Part shown: one piece after another, positions 22,508 through 31,654 of the stretch | Layout of the letters: every line of letters begins with the position of its first letter | Numbering within the stretch: position 1 is the stretch's first letter | Source: Deltaproteobacteria bacterium | GTDB taxonomy: Bacteria > Myxococcota > Kuafuiibacteriia > Kuafuiibacteriales > Kuafuiibacteriaceae | Direction: 5' to 3' | Length of the DNA stretch: 64,000 bases | Assembly: GCA_040218735.1 (NCBI GenBank) | Contig: JAVJQW010000049.1 | Span: 192,001-256,000 of the forward strand | The notes under the pieces: generated by a model | The model's input: the letters and a program-made list of their open reading frames with translations, nothing else | Databases searched by the model: none | Told to the model about the DNA's origin: nothing | Position numbers and translations under genes: made by a program

Positions 22508-23325
22508 CGCGGATCCTCAGCGCCCTCATCGCGCTGCCGATCGCGGTCTTCCTCATCGAGATGGGGGGCTGGTGGTTCTTCGGACTCGTGCTCTTCGTCG
22601 GCGCGGTGAGCGTCAACGAGTTCATGGGCATGGCGCACGGCGACGACAAGACGTCGAGCACGCTGCTGACGATCGTCGGCGTGTTGGTGATGGCGCTGCT
22701 GATGAGCGGCCAGCTGCGCGGCGACCAGGGCGTGGTGGTGATGGCCGCGCTGGTGATGTTCGTCTGGATCTACTTTCTGTTCCGGATCGGCGACCAGGCC
22801 ACGGTCGCGGCGCGCGCCTCGTTGTCGGTGACCGGGGTGCTGTGGGCGGGGGCGCTGCTCGCCGCGACCGCCTCGCTGCGGCTGCTCCCCGGCGGGAGCG
22901 CCTGGCTGTACCTCGCGTGTGTCATCGCGTGGGGGAGCGACACCGGCGGCTACTTCGCGGGGCGATTCCTCGGCAAACACAAGCTCTACCCGGCGGTGAG
23001 CCCGAAGAAGACCTGGGAGGGCTCGATCGGTGGCGTCGTGGTCGCGACGGCCGGATCGTTTGCGCTCAATCACTTCTGGGGGCCGGGTATCGACCCGGTG
23101 CACCTCGCGATCCTCGCGCCGGTGGGGACGGTGCTCGGTCAGATCGGTGACCTCGCCGAGAGCCTGCTGAAGCGCTCCACCGGGGTGAAGGACTCGGGGC
23201 GGATCATGCCCGGGCACGGCGGGCTGTTCGATCGGATCGACGCGCTGATCTTCGTGGGGCCGCTGCTGCTCGCCTACGCTGTCCTGATTCGAAACGATAC
23301 GATCGCCTGGCTCGATCTGATCTGA
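22501..23325 (+). CDS. cdsA: Phosphatidate cytidylyltransferase
   Basis: SDTGGYFAGR, SPKKTWEG, GDLAESLLKR...KDSG.IMPGHGG.FDRID. Confidence 0.95.
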   Translation: MLTRILSALIALPIAVFLIEMGGWWFFGLVLFVGAVSVNEFMGMAHGDDKTSSTLLTIVGVLVMALLMSGQLRGDQGVVVMAALVMFVWIYFLFRIGDQATVAARASLSVTGVLWAGALLAATASLRLLPGGSAWLYLACVIAWGSDTGGYFAGRFLGKHKLYPAVSPKKTWEGSIGGVVVATAGSFALNHFWGPGIDPVHLAILAPVGTVLGQIGDLAESLLKRSTGVKDSGRIMPGHGGLFDRIDALIFVGPLLLAYAVLIRNDTIAWLDLI

Positions 23326-23372
23326 GGCAGCGCACTCCAACGCGCGAGTGGCGGTGCCGACACTCGCTACAG

Positions 23373-24983
23373 ATGCCCGCGTTTTTCGTTCGCGACGTGA
23401 TGTCGCGCGGGGTTTGGTGTGTCCCTCGGGAGGCACCGCTCGCCGACGTCGTACGCCTCATGCGCGAGGAGGCGATCTCCTGCGTCGTGGTGGCGGACGA
23501 GGACGGCAAGGCGGTCGGGATCATCAGTGAGCGAGACCTCGTCCAGGAGCTCGACCGCGCGCTCGGCGCCCCCCACGAGCCTCGCCTCGCGCGGGACGTC
23601 ATGTCGGCGCCGCTGGTCACGACGAGCCCGGACGCCACGTCGGAGTCCGCGACGCGCACGATGTTCGAGCGTCGGATTCGGCGCCTCCCCGTGTTGTCCT
23701 CGACCGGCACCCTCGTCGGCCTCGTGACCCAGACGGATCTGTTGCGTGGGCAGCTGACGGAGCTGGAGGCCCGGACCGACTCGCTGGAGGCGCAGGTCGA
23801 GAAACGCACGCGTGAGCTCGTCGCGACGGCGCGCCGGCTGGAGGCGTCGAACCGTCAGCGCGGTGAGTTCCTCGCGACGATGAGCCACGAGATTCGAACG
23901 CCGCTGTCCGGCATCCTCGGCACGGTCGAGCTGCTGCTGCAGGGCCCCGTCGATCCCGACTTCCGCGAGAACCTCGAGACCGTGGCGCAGTCGGGTATCG
24001 CGATGCTGCACATCGTCAACGACGTCCTCGACCTGTCGAAGATCGACGCCGGGGAGTTCAAGATCGCGGAGGCGCCGTTCGAGCCGCGGCTCCTCGTGCG
24101 CGACGTCGTGCGTCTGCTCGACGCACGCGCGCAGGCGCGCGGCAACACCCTCGGGTCGAGCGTCGCGGACGCGGTGCCGAAGGTGCTCGTCGGCGACAGT
24201 CATCGGCTGCGGCAGGTCCTATCGAACCTCGTGAGCAACGCGGTGAAGTTCACCGAGCACGGGTGGGTCGACGTCGTGGTTTCGTGTCAGGCGGTCATGC
24301 GCGATCGCGCCGCGGTGCGGGTCGAGGTGCGCGACACCGGCCTCGGGATGGAGACCGCCGACGTCGAGCGGATCTTCATGCCGTACACCCAGGCCGGTGA
24401 CGACGCGGTGATGCACGCGCAAGGGACGGGGCTCGGGCTCGCGATCTGCAAGCGGTTGATGGAGCTGATGGGCGGACGCATCGGCGTCGAGAGCAAACAC
24501 GGATCGGGGTCGATGTTCTGGATGGAGCTCGAGCTCGCGATCGGCGTGGAGGACGACGCGGAGCCCACGGAGGAGATCTCGGCGTCGTTCGATCTCGAGG
24601 TGTTGGTGGTCGACGACGACGCCGTGAGTCGGCGGGTCCTCGCGCGCCGGCTGGAGTCGCTCGGGTGCACCGTCGACACCGCGATCAACGGGCTCGATGC
24701 GGTGAGCAAGTGGTCGGATCGGCGCTACCCCGTGATCTTCATGGACTGCGAGATGCCGGTCTTCGACGGCGTCGAGGCGACGGCGGAGATTCGCCAGCGG
24801 GCGCGCGGGGAGGGGCCCTACATCTGTGCGCTGACGGGCCGCGCGCGCGACGCGGAGCGCGAGGCGTGCATCGAAGCGGGGATGAACGACTACGTGCTGA
24901 AGCCCGCGTCGCGTAAGGACCTGGTTCAGCGGCTGAATCGCTACGTCGAGGTTGCGGACGGCGTACGCATGGGTGCCGCATGA
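23373..24983 (+). CDS. CBS-pair sensor hybrid histidine kinase (CBS-CBS-HisKA-HATPase-REC)
   Basis: Two CBS repeats (GIISERDL, GLVTQTDL), SHEIRTPL, NAVKFT, GTGLGL, and receiver VVDDD...FMDCEMP...KP. Confidence 0.88.
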   Translation: MPAFFVRDVMSRGVWCVPREAPLADVVRLMREEAISCVVVADEDGKAVGIISERDLVQELDRALGAPHEPRLARDVMSAPLVTTSPDATSESATRTMFERRIRRLPVLSSTGTLVGLVTQTDLLRGQLTELEARTDSLEAQVEKRTRELVATARRLEASNRQRGEFLATMSHEIRTPLSGILGTVELLLQGPVDPDFRENLETVAQSGIAMLHIVNDVLDLSKIDAGEFKIAEAPFEPRLLVRDVVRLLDARAQARGNTLGSSVADAVPKVLVGDSHRLRQVLSNLVSNAVKFTEHGWVDVVVSCQAVMRDRAAVRVEVRDTGLGMETADVERIFMPYTQAGDDAVMHAQGTGLGLAICKRLMELMGGRIGVESKHGSGSMFWMELELAIGVEDDAEPTEEISASFDLEVLVVDDDAVSRRVLARRLESLGCTVDTAINGLDAVSKWSDRRYPVIFMDCEMPVFDGVEATAEIRQRARGEGPYICALTGRARDAEREACIEAGMNDYVLKPASRKDLVQRLNRYVEVADGVRMGAA

Positions 24984-25064
24984 ACCCTGACGGCTGATCG
25001 TTCTGGCCACCGTGATCGCTCCGCCCGTGCTAGGCTTTGACCGAGCCTCCCTGGCGAGGTCGTG

Positions 25065-26783
25065 ATGGGCGTTCCCTGGTCATTCGGTCCCTCGGCGGTC
25101 GCAGCGTTCATCGTCTTCATCGGGATCCTCATCTTCGTGCACGAGCTGGGGCACTTCCTGGCGGCGAAGTACTTCGACATCAAGGTCACCAAGTTCTCGC
25201 TCGGCTTCGGGCCGGCGCTGGTGCGCTTCCAGTACGGCGAGACGATCTATCAGATCGCGGCGATCCCGCTCGGCGGGTACGTGAAGATGGTCGGCGACAA
25301 CCCGGGTGAGGAGGTCGAGCCGGAGGACCGCGATCGCGCGTTCACGACGGCGGCGCTCCATCAGCGTGCGATCGTCGCGCTGGCCGGACCGACCTTCAAC
25401 CTCGTCTTCCCGATCGTCTGTTTCTTTGCCTACAACCTCCTCGGGCCGACGGTGCCGTCGCCGATCGTGGGGCAGATGGAGATCGGCGACCCCGCGGACG
25501 TCGCGGGGCTCGAGCCCGGTGATCGCATCATCGAGGTCGACGGCGAGCGCACCTGGAGCTTCCACCGGATCACCGAGCTGATCAGCGCACGCCCCGGTCA
25601 GAAGACCCCGATCAAGGTCGAGCGCGACGGTCAGGAGGTCGCGCTGGAGGTGACCCCGAAGACGATCCGCCGGCAGGACCCGTTCGGCGAGACGACGGAC
25701 TGGGGGATCATCGGCGTGGTCGGGGCCTCGCACGGCACCGGGATCGGCGTGGCGTTCCCCGCGGCGAACCAGGGGGGCTTCGCGACCGGCGACGAGCTGA
25801 TGAAGATCGGCGACGACGAAGTGAAGCGCGGCGAGGAGCTCGCGCGTACGTTCAAGAAGTACGCGGGCCAGACGGTGCCGGTGGTGGTCGCGCGGCCCGA
25901 GCCGCTGGCGGCCGGGAGCCTGCTGTACGCGACGGCGCCCGTCCCGCGGACGCTTTCGGTGCCGGTGCCGGCGGAGTTCGCGCGGATCGAGGACGTCGGG
26001 ATCGCGCAGTCGGAGATGTTCCTGCGGCGCGTGATCGAGGACGGCGCGGCGGACCGCGCGGGGCTGGCGGCCGGGGATCAGATCCTGGAGGTCGACGGTC
26101 GGCGGGTGCAGCTGTTCTGGTCCTTCGTCGAAGCGGTGCGCGCGGCCGAGGATCGCCCGCTGCCGATCGTCGTGCGGCGCGGCGGCGAGCGTGTCGAAGT
26201 GACGCTGAAGAACGACCGCCACGGCTGCACGCAGCAGGCGAAGGAAGAGGTGCAGGACTTCTGGGACCCGGGCGTCGGTCTGGGTTGGGAAGGGGAGTCG
26301 ACGACCTGCGTGGCGATGAACGATCGCATCCAGCTCATGAGCCACTGGACGAGTGCGATGCCGCCGCGGACCGAGGTCGCGCGGCTGACGATCGGCGAGG
26401 CGTTCGTCTCGGGCGTCGAGCAGACCGGTCAGGTGATCGGGTTCGTCGGGCTCGGGATCTACAAGCTGCTGTCCGGGCAGATCTCGAGCAAGAACGTCGG
26501 CGGGCCGATCGCGTTGTTCAAGTTCGCGGCGCAGGCGGCGGAGATCGGGATCTTCGCGTACCTGAGGTTGCTCGCGCTCATCTCGGTGAACCTCGGCCTG
26601 ATCAACCTGCTGCCGATCCCGATCTTCGACGGCGGACATCTGGCGTTCGTGGCGATCGAAGCGATCAAGCGGCGGCCGATATCCATGCGCACGCGGGAGA
26701 TCGCGACGCTGGTCGGCTTCGTGCTGATCGCGGTGCTGTTCATCATCGCGACGCGCAACGACATCCTGAGCACGTGGGACTGA
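25065..26783 (+). CDS. rseP: RIP metalloprotease RseP with multiple PDZ-like domains
   Basis: HELGH, IPLGGYVKM, AGPTFN, NLLPIPIFDGGH. Three PDZ-like GD.I..V/IDG segments. Confidence 0.92.
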   Translation: MGVPWSFGPSAVAAFIVFIGILIFVHELGHFLAAKYFDIKVTKFSLGFGPALVRFQYGETIYQIAAIPLGGYVKMVGDNPGEEVEPEDRDRAFTTAALHQRAIVALAGPTFNLVFPIVCFFAYNLLGPTVPSPIVGQMEIGDPADVAGLEPGDRIIEVDGERTWSFHRITELISARPGQKTPIKVERDGQEVALEVTPKTIRRQDPFGETTDWGIIGVVGASHGTGIGVAFPAANQGGFATGDELMKIGDDEVKRGEELARTFKKYAGQTVPVVVARPEPLAAGSLLYATAPVPRTLSVPVPAEFARIEDVGIAQSEMFLRRVIEDGAADRAGLAAGDQILEVDGRRVQLFWSFVEAVRAAEDRPLPIVVRRGGERVEVTLKNDRHGCTQQAKEEVQDFWDPGVGLGWEGESTTCVAMNDRIQLMSHWTSAMPPRTEVARLTIGEAFVSGVEQTGQVIGFVGLGIYKLLSGQISSKNVGGPIALFKFAAQAAEIGIFAYLRLLALISVNLGLINLLPIPIFDGGHLAFVAIEAIKRRPISMRTREIATLVGFVLIAVLFIIATRNDILSTWD

Positions 26784-27454
26784 TCCTCGCGATCGAGACG
26801 GCCACGGCGGACGGCTCCGTCGCGGTGCACGACGGCGACGTCGTCGAGGTGCGCGAGCTCGGGGAGCAGCGCAACCACGCCAAGAACCTCGCGACCACGG
26901 TGCAGACGCTGATCGCCGGGCGCTTCGAAGACATCGACGGTTATGCGCTGAGCATCGGGCCGGGGTCGTTCACCGGGCTCCGCGTCGGCCTCGCGTTCCT
27001 CAAGGGCCTCGCAGCGGTGGTGCCGCGACCGGTCGTCCCCGTCTCGACGCTGGAGGTGATGGCGGCGGGCATCTTCCACCATCACCCCTACGCACAGCTC
27101 GCGCTCCCGGTGCTCGACGCGCGGCGCGACGAGGTGTTCGCGGGGCTCTTCACGCCGAGCGGCGCCGACCCGCGGCTGCCGGTCTCGATCGTCTCCGCGA
27201 CGTCGCTCTCGCAACGGATGCACGGCGTCGGCGAGGGGATGTACGCGGGCGGCGATGGGACGCGTCTGGACCTCGGTCCGAATGCGCCCTGGGCGATCGC
27301 CCGCGAGGAAGCGCACGTGCCCTCCGCGGCGATCCTGGCCTCGCTGGGCGCGGCGCGCTTGCACGAAGAGGGGCGAGACGTGGACACCGTGGCGCCGGTG
27401 TACCTCCAGGTGTCCGCGGCGGAGCAGAACCTCGGCATACGCGCGGGGGTCTGA
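26774..27454 (+). CDS. tsaB: tRNA t6A biosynthesis protein TsaB
   Basis: ILAIETAT, GPGSFTGLRVG, VSTLE, LDARRDEVF, PVY. Start GTG at 26774; the track ORF is over-extended. Confidence 0.9.
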   Translation: MGLILAIETATADGSVAVHDGDVVEVRELGEQRNHAKNLATTVQTLIAGRFEDIDGYALSIGPGSFTGLRVGLAFLKGLAAVVPRPVVPVSTLEVMAAGIFHHHPYAQLALPVLDARRDEVFAGLFTPSGADPRLPVSIVSATSLSQRMHGVGEGMYAGGDGTRLDLGPNAPWAIAREEAHVPSAAILASLGAARLHEEGRDVDTVAPVYLQVSAAEQNLGIRAGV

Positions 27455-27495
27455 GCGCCGAGGGTCGACTCGGACGAACGGCCGACCCCGGCGGT

Positions 27496-27524
27496 TTGAC
27501 TCGCTGTCGGCGCCTTCTTAGAGT
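27496..27524 (+). promoter_or_regulatory. Sigma70-type promoter upstream of the DUF465 gene
   Basis: TTGACT-17 bp-TAGAGT. Confidence 0.55.
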
Positions 27525-27628
27525 TTTCGTGATGGTCTGCACAACGCATCGTTCAGCCATCGAAACCTCAACAGAACGTCACGAACCACCGAACGCGAGC
27601 GCCGCGTTTGGATCGGAGACCCACACGC

Positions 27629-27865
27629 ATGATGGAACAAGTGAGAGCGGTCGACACCGAACAGCCCCGTAACGTGGGCCTCGATCTTTCACAGGAGATC
27701 GAGCGCCTCAAACGAGAGCACCGCGAGCTGAAGGCCCGCCTCTCCGAGCTGAACAGTCGACTTCACCTCTCCATCGACGAAGAGATCGAGCGCAAGAAGA
27801 TCCAGAAGCTGAAGCTCCTCAAGAAGGACCAGCTCCTGATGCTCGAAGCCAAGCTGCACAACTAA
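27629..27865 (+). CDS. DUF465/YdcH family small coiled-coil protein
   Basis: LKREHRELKARLSEL...EEIERKKIQKLKLLKKDQL. GGAG upstream of the ATG. Confidence 0.75.
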   Translation: MMEQVRAVDTEQPRNVGLDLSQEIERLKREHRELKARLSELNSRLHLSIDEEIERKKIQKLKLLKKDQLLMLEAKLHN

Positions 27866-27920
27866 CCCCCGACGGAAACGTTCTTGCCGGCCGGCGCCTC
27901 GGTGTGCTGAGTGCGCCGGC

Positions 27921-28871
27921 ATGGCGAAGACCGTGGCCGTACTGGGCGCCCACTCCGCGATCGGAGAGGCGCTCCTCACCGCCCTCGACGATCGAGCTCT
28001 GGACGCCGCCATCGTCGCGGCGACGACGACCGAGCACGTCGACGCGGGGCACGTCCTCATCGACGCCGATCTCATCTCGCGCGGCGACCTGTTCGTGATC
28101 GCGTTCGGCGGCAAGGTCGCCGAGGGCGTCGCGGCGGGGCTCATCGCTCAGGGCAAGCCGGTGCTGGACCTCGCGGGGGTCACCGAGGCGCCGTTTGTGT
28201 TCCCGACCCTCACCGAGGAGGTCTTTGCGCCCGCGCGGATCGCGGTGGGGCTCGCGGAGCCCGTCGCCGCGATCGTCCGGGCGTTGTCGCCGTTTTCGCC
28301 GTCGGCGGTGGACGTCACCACGTTCGAGTCGGCGGCGACGTTCGATCGCCCAGGGATGGACGAGCTGTCCGCGCAGACGCGGGCGGTGTTCACGATGCAG
28401 GACGCGCCGGCGGAGGTCTTCGCCGCGACGCTCGCCTTCGACGTCATCCCCACGGTGACCGGGCCGGACGGCGAGTGGGATCTGGCGGACGCCGCGCTCG
28501 CGACGGCGGTGACGGCGGCGTGTGGTGTTCCCGCCGATGCGACGCGGATCTTGGTGCCGTCCTTTTCGGCGGAGGGGGCGGTCGTCCGCCTCACCGTGGA
28601 GGGGACGCCGGACTTCGAGACCGTCGAGACGGCTTTGGCGGGGGGCAAGGGGATGCGGTACCTCCCGGACGAGCCGCCGCCGACGGTCGACGTCGTGGAT
28701 CGCGACGACGCGCTGGTGGGGCGGCTCGTCATTCGCGCGGGGCGGATCACGCTGTGGCTCGCGGCGGACCGGCTGCGGCGCGGGGGTGCGAGCCAGGCTG
28801 CGCTGTGGGTCGAGCGTTGGCTGAGTGGGAAAATCGGTGCTAGCGTCCCAGCGCCCCGAACGGACGCGTAA
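27921..28871 (+). CDS. Aspartate-semialdehyde dehydrogenase-like (Usg-type, degenerate) protein
   Basis: VAVLGA Rossmann start, GMDELSAQT, LAFDVIP, VGRL, LWLAADRLRRGGA. The catalytic Cys and His positions are not conserved. Confidence 0.75.
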   Translation: MAKTVAVLGAHSAIGEALLTALDDRALDAAIVAATTTEHVDAGHVLIDADLISRGDLFVIAFGGKVAEGVAAGLIAQGKPVLDLAGVTEAPFVFPTLTEEVFAPARIAVGLAEPVAAIVRALSPFSPSAVDVTTFESAATFDRPGMDELSAQTRAVFTMQDAPAEVFAATLAFDVIPTVTGPDGEWDLADAALATAVTAACGVPADATRILVPSFSAEGAVVRLTVEGTPDFETVETALAGGKGMRYLPDEPPPTVDVVDRDDALVGRLVIRAGRITLWLAADRLRRGGASQAALWVERWLSGKIGASVPAPRTDA

Positions 28872-28874
28872 CAG

Positions 28875-30842
28875 ATGCGAAATGCTTGGTTGATTGCAGC
28901 AGGGGTCGTGGCGGCGGCGGGTTGGACGCGGGCCGCCGAGGCCCAAAAACCCACGATCGTGCCGGACCCGCTCCCCGAGGCGTCGAAGCGCCTCAACATC
29001 GCGGAGATCGAGGCCAACGCGCGTATCCCCCTGTCGTGGATCGCGACGTTCAACGCGGGTGTCATCCCGGGGACGGGCGAGAGTTACTCGTACCAGCTCA
29101 CGTACGACAACTTCGTGACCGCAGAGCGGGCGGAGCTTCGGCTGATCACGGTCGAGGACGTGGAGTTCGGCGCCGAGGCCGAGGACCGCCAGGACAACGG
29201 CGCGCGCGTCACCGTGTACGTGCTGCCGCAGGATCTCGTCGCGGGGTTCGACCGCGAGGACGCTTCGGACCTCCCGCCGCCGCTCGGCACGGGCGCCGAC
29301 AACATGGAGCGCGAGGTCTTCTTGAAGGTCTACGCGGACGCGGACGAGACCGACGAGTTCCGGTACCAGACCTTCACGTGGCAGTTCGAGTACGACACGC
29401 GGCCGCCGCCGCAGCCGACCGTGACCAAGGTCGAGCCCGGCGAGAACCGCCTTCAGCTTTCGTGGGAGATCTCGGACGACGCCGACGTCGCGACCTACAA
29501 CATCGTCTACTGCCCGGACATCAGCGCGCTCGACGTCGACGAGGAGATGCTGATGGCCGACACCGCCACGACCGGCGGGGTGCTCCCGTGCGCGCAGCCG
29601 ACGGTCGGCGGGACGATCGACGGGATGTTCGGCAGCGCAGGCGTTCAGGCGGGCCTCGCGGTCGGCGTGAAGGCCGCGCTCGCGGTGCGCGCGGTGGACG
29701 AGGCCGGCAACGTCGGACCGCTGTCGAACGTGGTGATCGCCGAGCCGGTGCCGGTGAGTGACTTCTGGGAGCTGTACAAGGAGAGCGGCGGCGCCGAGGA
29801 GGGTGGCTTCTGCTTCATCGCGACCGCGGCGCACGGCTCGTACGCGCACCCCGCGGTGCAGGTGCTGCGCTGGTTCCGGGACGCGGTGTTGATCCCGGCG
29901 CCGGGCGGGCGCGCGATCGTCGACACGTACTACCGCTGGTCGCCGCCGATGGCGCGCCGAGTCGCGGCCGACGAGGATCTCGCGGCGGCGACGCGCGTCG
30001 CGCTGGTGTTCGGCGTGCTGCTCGCGCTCGCGGCGCTCGCGATGCTCGGCTTCGGCGCTGGGTTCGTGGTGGTGGCCGTCGCGCGGCGCGTGAAGCTCGC
30101 GTGGGCGGCGGCGCTGCTCGTGCTGCTGATCGGATCCACCGCGGAGGCCCGACGCCCGGACTCGACGATCGAGTCGTTCGGGCTCGGCTACGAGTTCAAG
30201 GGCGGGCCGTACCTGCCGGACCTCGGCAACACCGGCGGCGGGACCGAGGGCAACACGGCCTTCCAGGACATCTTCGAGTCGAACCCCAATGAGTTGTTCA
30301 CGATCGGCCTCGACGTACAGCTCTACCGCGGCATCGGCACGGCGGGGGTGGGCGCGAGCTTCGGCTTCATGCAGTTCGTCGGGCGCGGGCGTTACGCGAG
30401 CGGCGAGAACGTGGGGGAGATCGCGCAGGACACCACGGTCTTCAACATCGCGCCGCTGACGCTCACCGGCTTCTATCGCTTCGACTGGTTGGCCGACCAG
30501 ATACCGCTTCCGTTCGTGCCGTACGTGAAGGGCGGGCTCGCCTACTACGTCTGGTGGGTGACCACCGGGACGGGCGACGTCGCGCGCTTCGAGCAGCCGG
30601 GCAACGGCGCGGACGACCTCGCGGGGCGCGGCGGCAAGTTCGGCCTCACGGGGACGGTGGGCATGGCGATCATGCTGAACGTGTTCGAGCCGGCGTCGGC
30701 GCAGAGCCTCCACGCGGCCACCGGCGTGCGCGGGACGTACCTGTTCGGCGAGCTGCAGGCGAACAAGATCGATGGGTTCGGCTCGGCCGGGTTCGACTTG
30801 TCGGACGTGACCTGGAACATCGGTCTGTACCTCGAAATGTAG
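28875..30842 (+). CDS. Exported FN3-like protein with internal CFI-box-CTERM, fused in frame to an outer-membrane beta-barrel
   Basis: Signal peptide, YDTRPPPQP/VRAVDEAGN FN3-like motifs, DFWELYKESGG.EEGG, CFIATAAHGS...LRWFRD...YYRWSPP, TM segment, second signal-like segment, barrel ending WNIGLYLEM. Confidence 0.7.
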   Translation: MRNAWLIAAGVVAAAGWTRAAEAQKPTIVPDPLPEASKRLNIAEIEANARIPLSWIATFNAGVIPGTGESYSYQLTYDNFVTAERAELRLITVEDVEFGAEAEDRQDNGARVTVYVLPQDLVAGFDREDASDLPPPLGTGADNMEREVFLKVYADADETDEFRYQTFTWQFEYDTRPPPQPTVTKVEPGENRLQLSWEISDDADVATYNIVYCPDISALDVDEEMLMADTATTGGVLPCAQPTVGGTIDGMFGSAGVQAGLAVGVKAALAVRAVDEAGNVGPLSNVVIAEPVPVSDFWELYKESGGAEEGGFCFIATAAHGSYAHPAVQVLRWFRDAVLIPAPGGRAIVDTYYRWSPPMARRVAADEDLAAATRVALVFGVLLALAALAMLGFGAGFVVVAVARRVKLAWAAALLVLLIGSTAEARRPDSTIESFGLGYEFKGGPYLPDLGNTGGGTEGNTAFQDIFESNPNELFTIGLDVQLYRGIGTAGVGASFGFMQFVGRGRYASGENVGEIAQDTTVFNIAPLTLTGFYRFDWLADQIPLPFVPYVKGGLAYYVWWVTTGTGDVARFEQPGNGADDLAGRGGKFGLTGTVGMAIMLNVFEPASAQSLHAATGVRGTYLFGELQANKIDGFGSAGFDLSDVTWNIGLYLEM

Positions 30843-31651
30843 TGCGGACGATTCGACTGATCGTCGAGTACGACGGGACGGCCTTCGCGGGCTGGCAGAT
30901 CCAAAAGGGGCACAAGGCACCGACGGTGCAGGGTGCGCTCGAACGTGCGATTTCGAAGATGACGCAGACGCCGGTGAGCGTACGCGGCGCTTCGCGGACC
31001 GACGCGGGGGTGCACGCACGCGGGCAGGTCGCGGTGTTCAAGACCGACAAGGACATCCCGTGCATCGGGTTCGAGCGGGGCCTCGGGCAGTTCATGCCGC
31101 GGGGGATCTCGATCCGGCGTGCGGAGGAGGTCGAGGACGGCTGGGACCCGCGACGTACGTCGCGCGGGAAGCGGTACCGCTACACCTACTGGAACGATCG
31201 CACGCCGAGCGCGCTGGAGCGTGACCGGGCGTGGTGGGTGAAGGTCGGGCGCCTCGAGGTCGCGCCGATGCACGAGGCGGCGCAGGTGTTCCTCGGGACG
31301 CACGACTTCGAGGCGTTCCGCAGCGCGGGCTGCTCGGCGCGGCACGCGGTGCGGACGATGTACTCGGCGCGGGTGTTCGAGGGGGAGCACGAGCGGGTGA
31401 TCTTCGAGATCGTCGGGAACGCGTTCGTGCGGAACATGGTGCGGATCATGGCTGGGAACCTGTGCGACGTGGGGCTCGGGCGCATGACGAAGGACCAGCT
31501 CGTCGACGTGCTCGCTTCGAAGGATCGCACGCGCGGTGGGATGACGGCGCCGCCGCACGGGCTGTGCCTGGAGGAGGTCATCTACGACGACCGCCTGCCG
31601 CCGCGTCCGAAGGACGGCGTGGACCTGACCGAGGCGGATGCGGGAGAGTAG
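30842..31651 (+). CDS. truA: tRNA pseudouridine(38-40) synthase
   Basis: EYDGTAFAGWQ, SRTDAGVHARGQV, GTHDFEAF, FVRNMVR, TAPPHGLCL. Start GTG at 30842. Confidence 0.96.
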   Translation: MRTIRLIVEYDGTAFAGWQIQKGHKAPTVQGALERAISKMTQTPVSVRGASRTDAGVHARGQVAVFKTDKDIPCIGFERGLGQFMPRGISIRRAEEVEDGWDPRRTSRGKRYRYTYWNDRTPSALERDRAWWVKVGRLEVAPMHEAAQVFLGTHDFEAFRSAGCSARHAVRTMYSARVFEGEHERVIFEIVGNAFVRNMVRIMAGNLCDVGLGRMTKDQLVDVLASKDRTRGGMTAPPHGLCLEEVIYDDRLPPRPKDGVDLTEADAGE

Positions 31652-31654
31652 GGC

